This document shows positions 61,905-64,000 of a stretch of DNA of 64,000 bases, piece after piece. The translations under genes were made by a program, and so were the position numbers. The number at the start of each line of letters is the position of its first letter. The stretch's first letter is position 1. This DNA is from Antechinus flavipes (lineage: Eukaryota): NCBI RefSeq assembly GCF_016432865.1, contig NC_067400.1, forward strand, positions 246,202,001-246,266,000, in the 5' to 3' direction. The notes below the pieces were generated by a model. It worked only from the letters and a program-made list of their open reading frames with translations. It was not told the origin of the DNA and made no database searches.

Positions 61905-64000
61905 ATTTTTTTGATTATAGTTTTTTATTGACAGAACATATGCATGGGTAATTTCTCAACATTGTCCCTTGCAATTACTTCTGTTCCAACTTTTCCCTTC
62001 CTCCCCTTCCCCTCTTCTCATAAATAGCAAGTAGTCTCATACATGTTAAACATGTTAAAGTATATCTTAAATGCAATATATGTGTCCACATCCATACAGT
62101 TCTCTTTTTGCACAAGAAAAATCAAATTCAGAAAGGTAAAAATAACATGGTAATAAATACAAAAATGCAAGTAGTCCACATTCATTTCCAGTGTTCTTTC
62201 TCGGGGTGTAGCTGCTTCTGTCCATCATTAATCAATTGGAACTGAATTAGTGTGGTCTAAGATATCCACTTCTATCAGAATATACCCTCATATAACATTG
62301 TTGTTGAAGTGTATAATGATCTCCTGGTTCTGCTCATTTCATTTAACATCAGTTCATGTAGGTCTCTCCAAATATCTTTGTATTCATCCTGCTGGTCATT
62401 TCTTACAGAATAATAATATTCCATAACATTCATAAACCACAATTTACCCAACCATTCTCCAATTGATGGGCATCCATTCAATTTCCAGTTTCTAGCCACT
62501 ACAAAAAGGGCTGCAACAAACATTTTTGCACAAACAGGTCCCTTTCCCTTTTTTAGTATCTCTTTGGGATATAATCCCAGTAGTAACACTACTGGATCAA
62601 AGGCTTTGTTTGATAACTTTTTGAGCATAGTTCCAAATTGTTCTCCAGAATAGTTGGATCCGTTCACAATTCCACCAACAATGCCAGTTTTCCCATATCT
62701 CCTCCAATATTCGTCATTAATTTTTCCTATCATCTTAGCCAATCTGACAGGTGTGTAGTGGTATCTTAGAGTTGTCTTAATTTGCATTTCTCTGATCAGT
62801 AGTGATTTGGAACATCCTTTCATATGAGTAAAAATAGTTTCAATTTCATCATCTCAAAATTGTCTGTTCATATCCTTTGATCAATTGGAGAATGACTTGA
62901 TTTCTTATAAATTAGAGTCAATTCTCTCTATATTTTGGAAATGAGGCCTTTTTCAGAACCTTTAACTGTAAAAATGTTTTCCCAGTTTATTGTTTCCCTT
63001 CTAATCTTGTTTACATTAACTTTGTACAAAAGCTTTTTAACTTGATATAATCAAAATTTTCTATTTTGTGATCAATAATGTTCTCTAGTTCTTTTTTGGT
63101 CACAAATTCCTTCTTCCTCCACAGGTCTGAGAGTAAACTATCCTATGTTCTTCTAATTTATTTATAATTTCATTCTTTATGTCTAAATCATGAACCCATT
63201 TTGATCTTATCTTGATGTAAGTGTTAAATGTGGGCCCATGCCTATTTTCTGCCATACTAATTTCCTGTTTCCTAGCAGTTTTTGTCAAATATTGAATTCT
63301 TATCCCAAAATTTGGGATCTTTGGGTTTGTCAATCACTGGATTGCTATAGTTATTGACTGTTTTGTCCTGTGAACCTAACCTATTCCATTGATCAACTAA
63401 TCTATTTCTTAGCCAATACCAAATGGTTTTGGTAACCACTGCTTTGTAATATAATTTTAGATTTGATACAAATAGGCCACTTTCATTTGATTTTTTTTCA
63501 TTAGTTCCCTTGAAATTCTTGACCTTTTGTTCTTCCATATGAATTTTATTTTTTTCTAGGTCATTAAAATAGTTCCTTGGGATTCTGATTGGCATAGCAC
63601 TAAATAAATAGATTAGTTTAGGTACTATTATCATCTTTATTATATTGGCTCAGCCTATCCGAGAGTCCTTAATATTTTTTCAATGATTTAGATCTGACTT
63701 TATTTGTGTGGAAAATGTTTTATAATTTTGCTCATATAGCTCCTGACTTTCCTTTGGCAGATAGATTCCCAAATATTTTATTCTATTGACAGCTATTTTA
63801 AATGGAATTTCTCTTTGTATCTTTTGCTGTTGGATTTTATTGGTGATCTATAAAAATGTTGAAGATTTATGTGGATTTATTTTATATCCTACAACTTTGC
63901 TAAAGTTGTAGATTATTTCTAATAGCTTTTTGTAGTGTCTCTGGGGTTATCTAAGTATACCATCATATCATCTGCAAAGAGTGATAATTTAGTTTCCTCA
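61905..64000 (-). mobile_element. L1 (ORF2 C-terminal half and 3'UTR), runs off the window end
   Basis: Minus ORFs 62275-62823 (MQIKTTLRYHYTPVRLA...WWFMNVMEYY-type cysteine-rich domain region) and 63272-63634 (PKLIYLFSAMPI...LYYKAVVTKTIWYW); T-rich tail at about 61905. Confidence 0.92.

Noticed and set aside
62275-63634. ORFs of 182 and 120 aa as host genes
   Set aside because: Fragments of L1 ORF2 with frameshifts and stops

Overview
Eukaryotic, AT-rich, CpG-poor genomic DNA. The MAR1- and WSINE1-like SINEs and the L1 types point to a marsupial, probably a dasyurid (inference). The window is a tandem array of 10 intact, intronless, plus-strand high-glycine/tyrosine keratin-associated protein genes (KRTAP19/KRTAP20-like, 75-87 aa). 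Each gene sits in a duplicated unit of about 4-9 kb with a distal promoter block, an invariant GCCACACCTCC motif, a TATA box, the CDS, a 3'UTR and AATAAA. The ORF track starts 7 of the 10 genes at an upstream GTG; I place the start at the ATG 15 nt downstream. Units group as {1,2,3}, {4,5,6,7}, {8} and {9,10}. Intergenic DNA carries many L1 fragments (several with clear target-site duplications), core SINEs, three solo LTRs, pyrimidine microsatellites and two N-gaps. I found no evidence of a wholly new biological system. The best leads are a perfect 148-bp inverted templated insertion inside an L1, a gene-less ghost unit, a candidate conserved 3'UTR stem-loop, natural deletion and insertion mapping of the promoter, and Tyr/Cys toggling among paralogs. 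Repeat boundaries without a TSD are approximate, and repeat family names come from recognition, not a database search.
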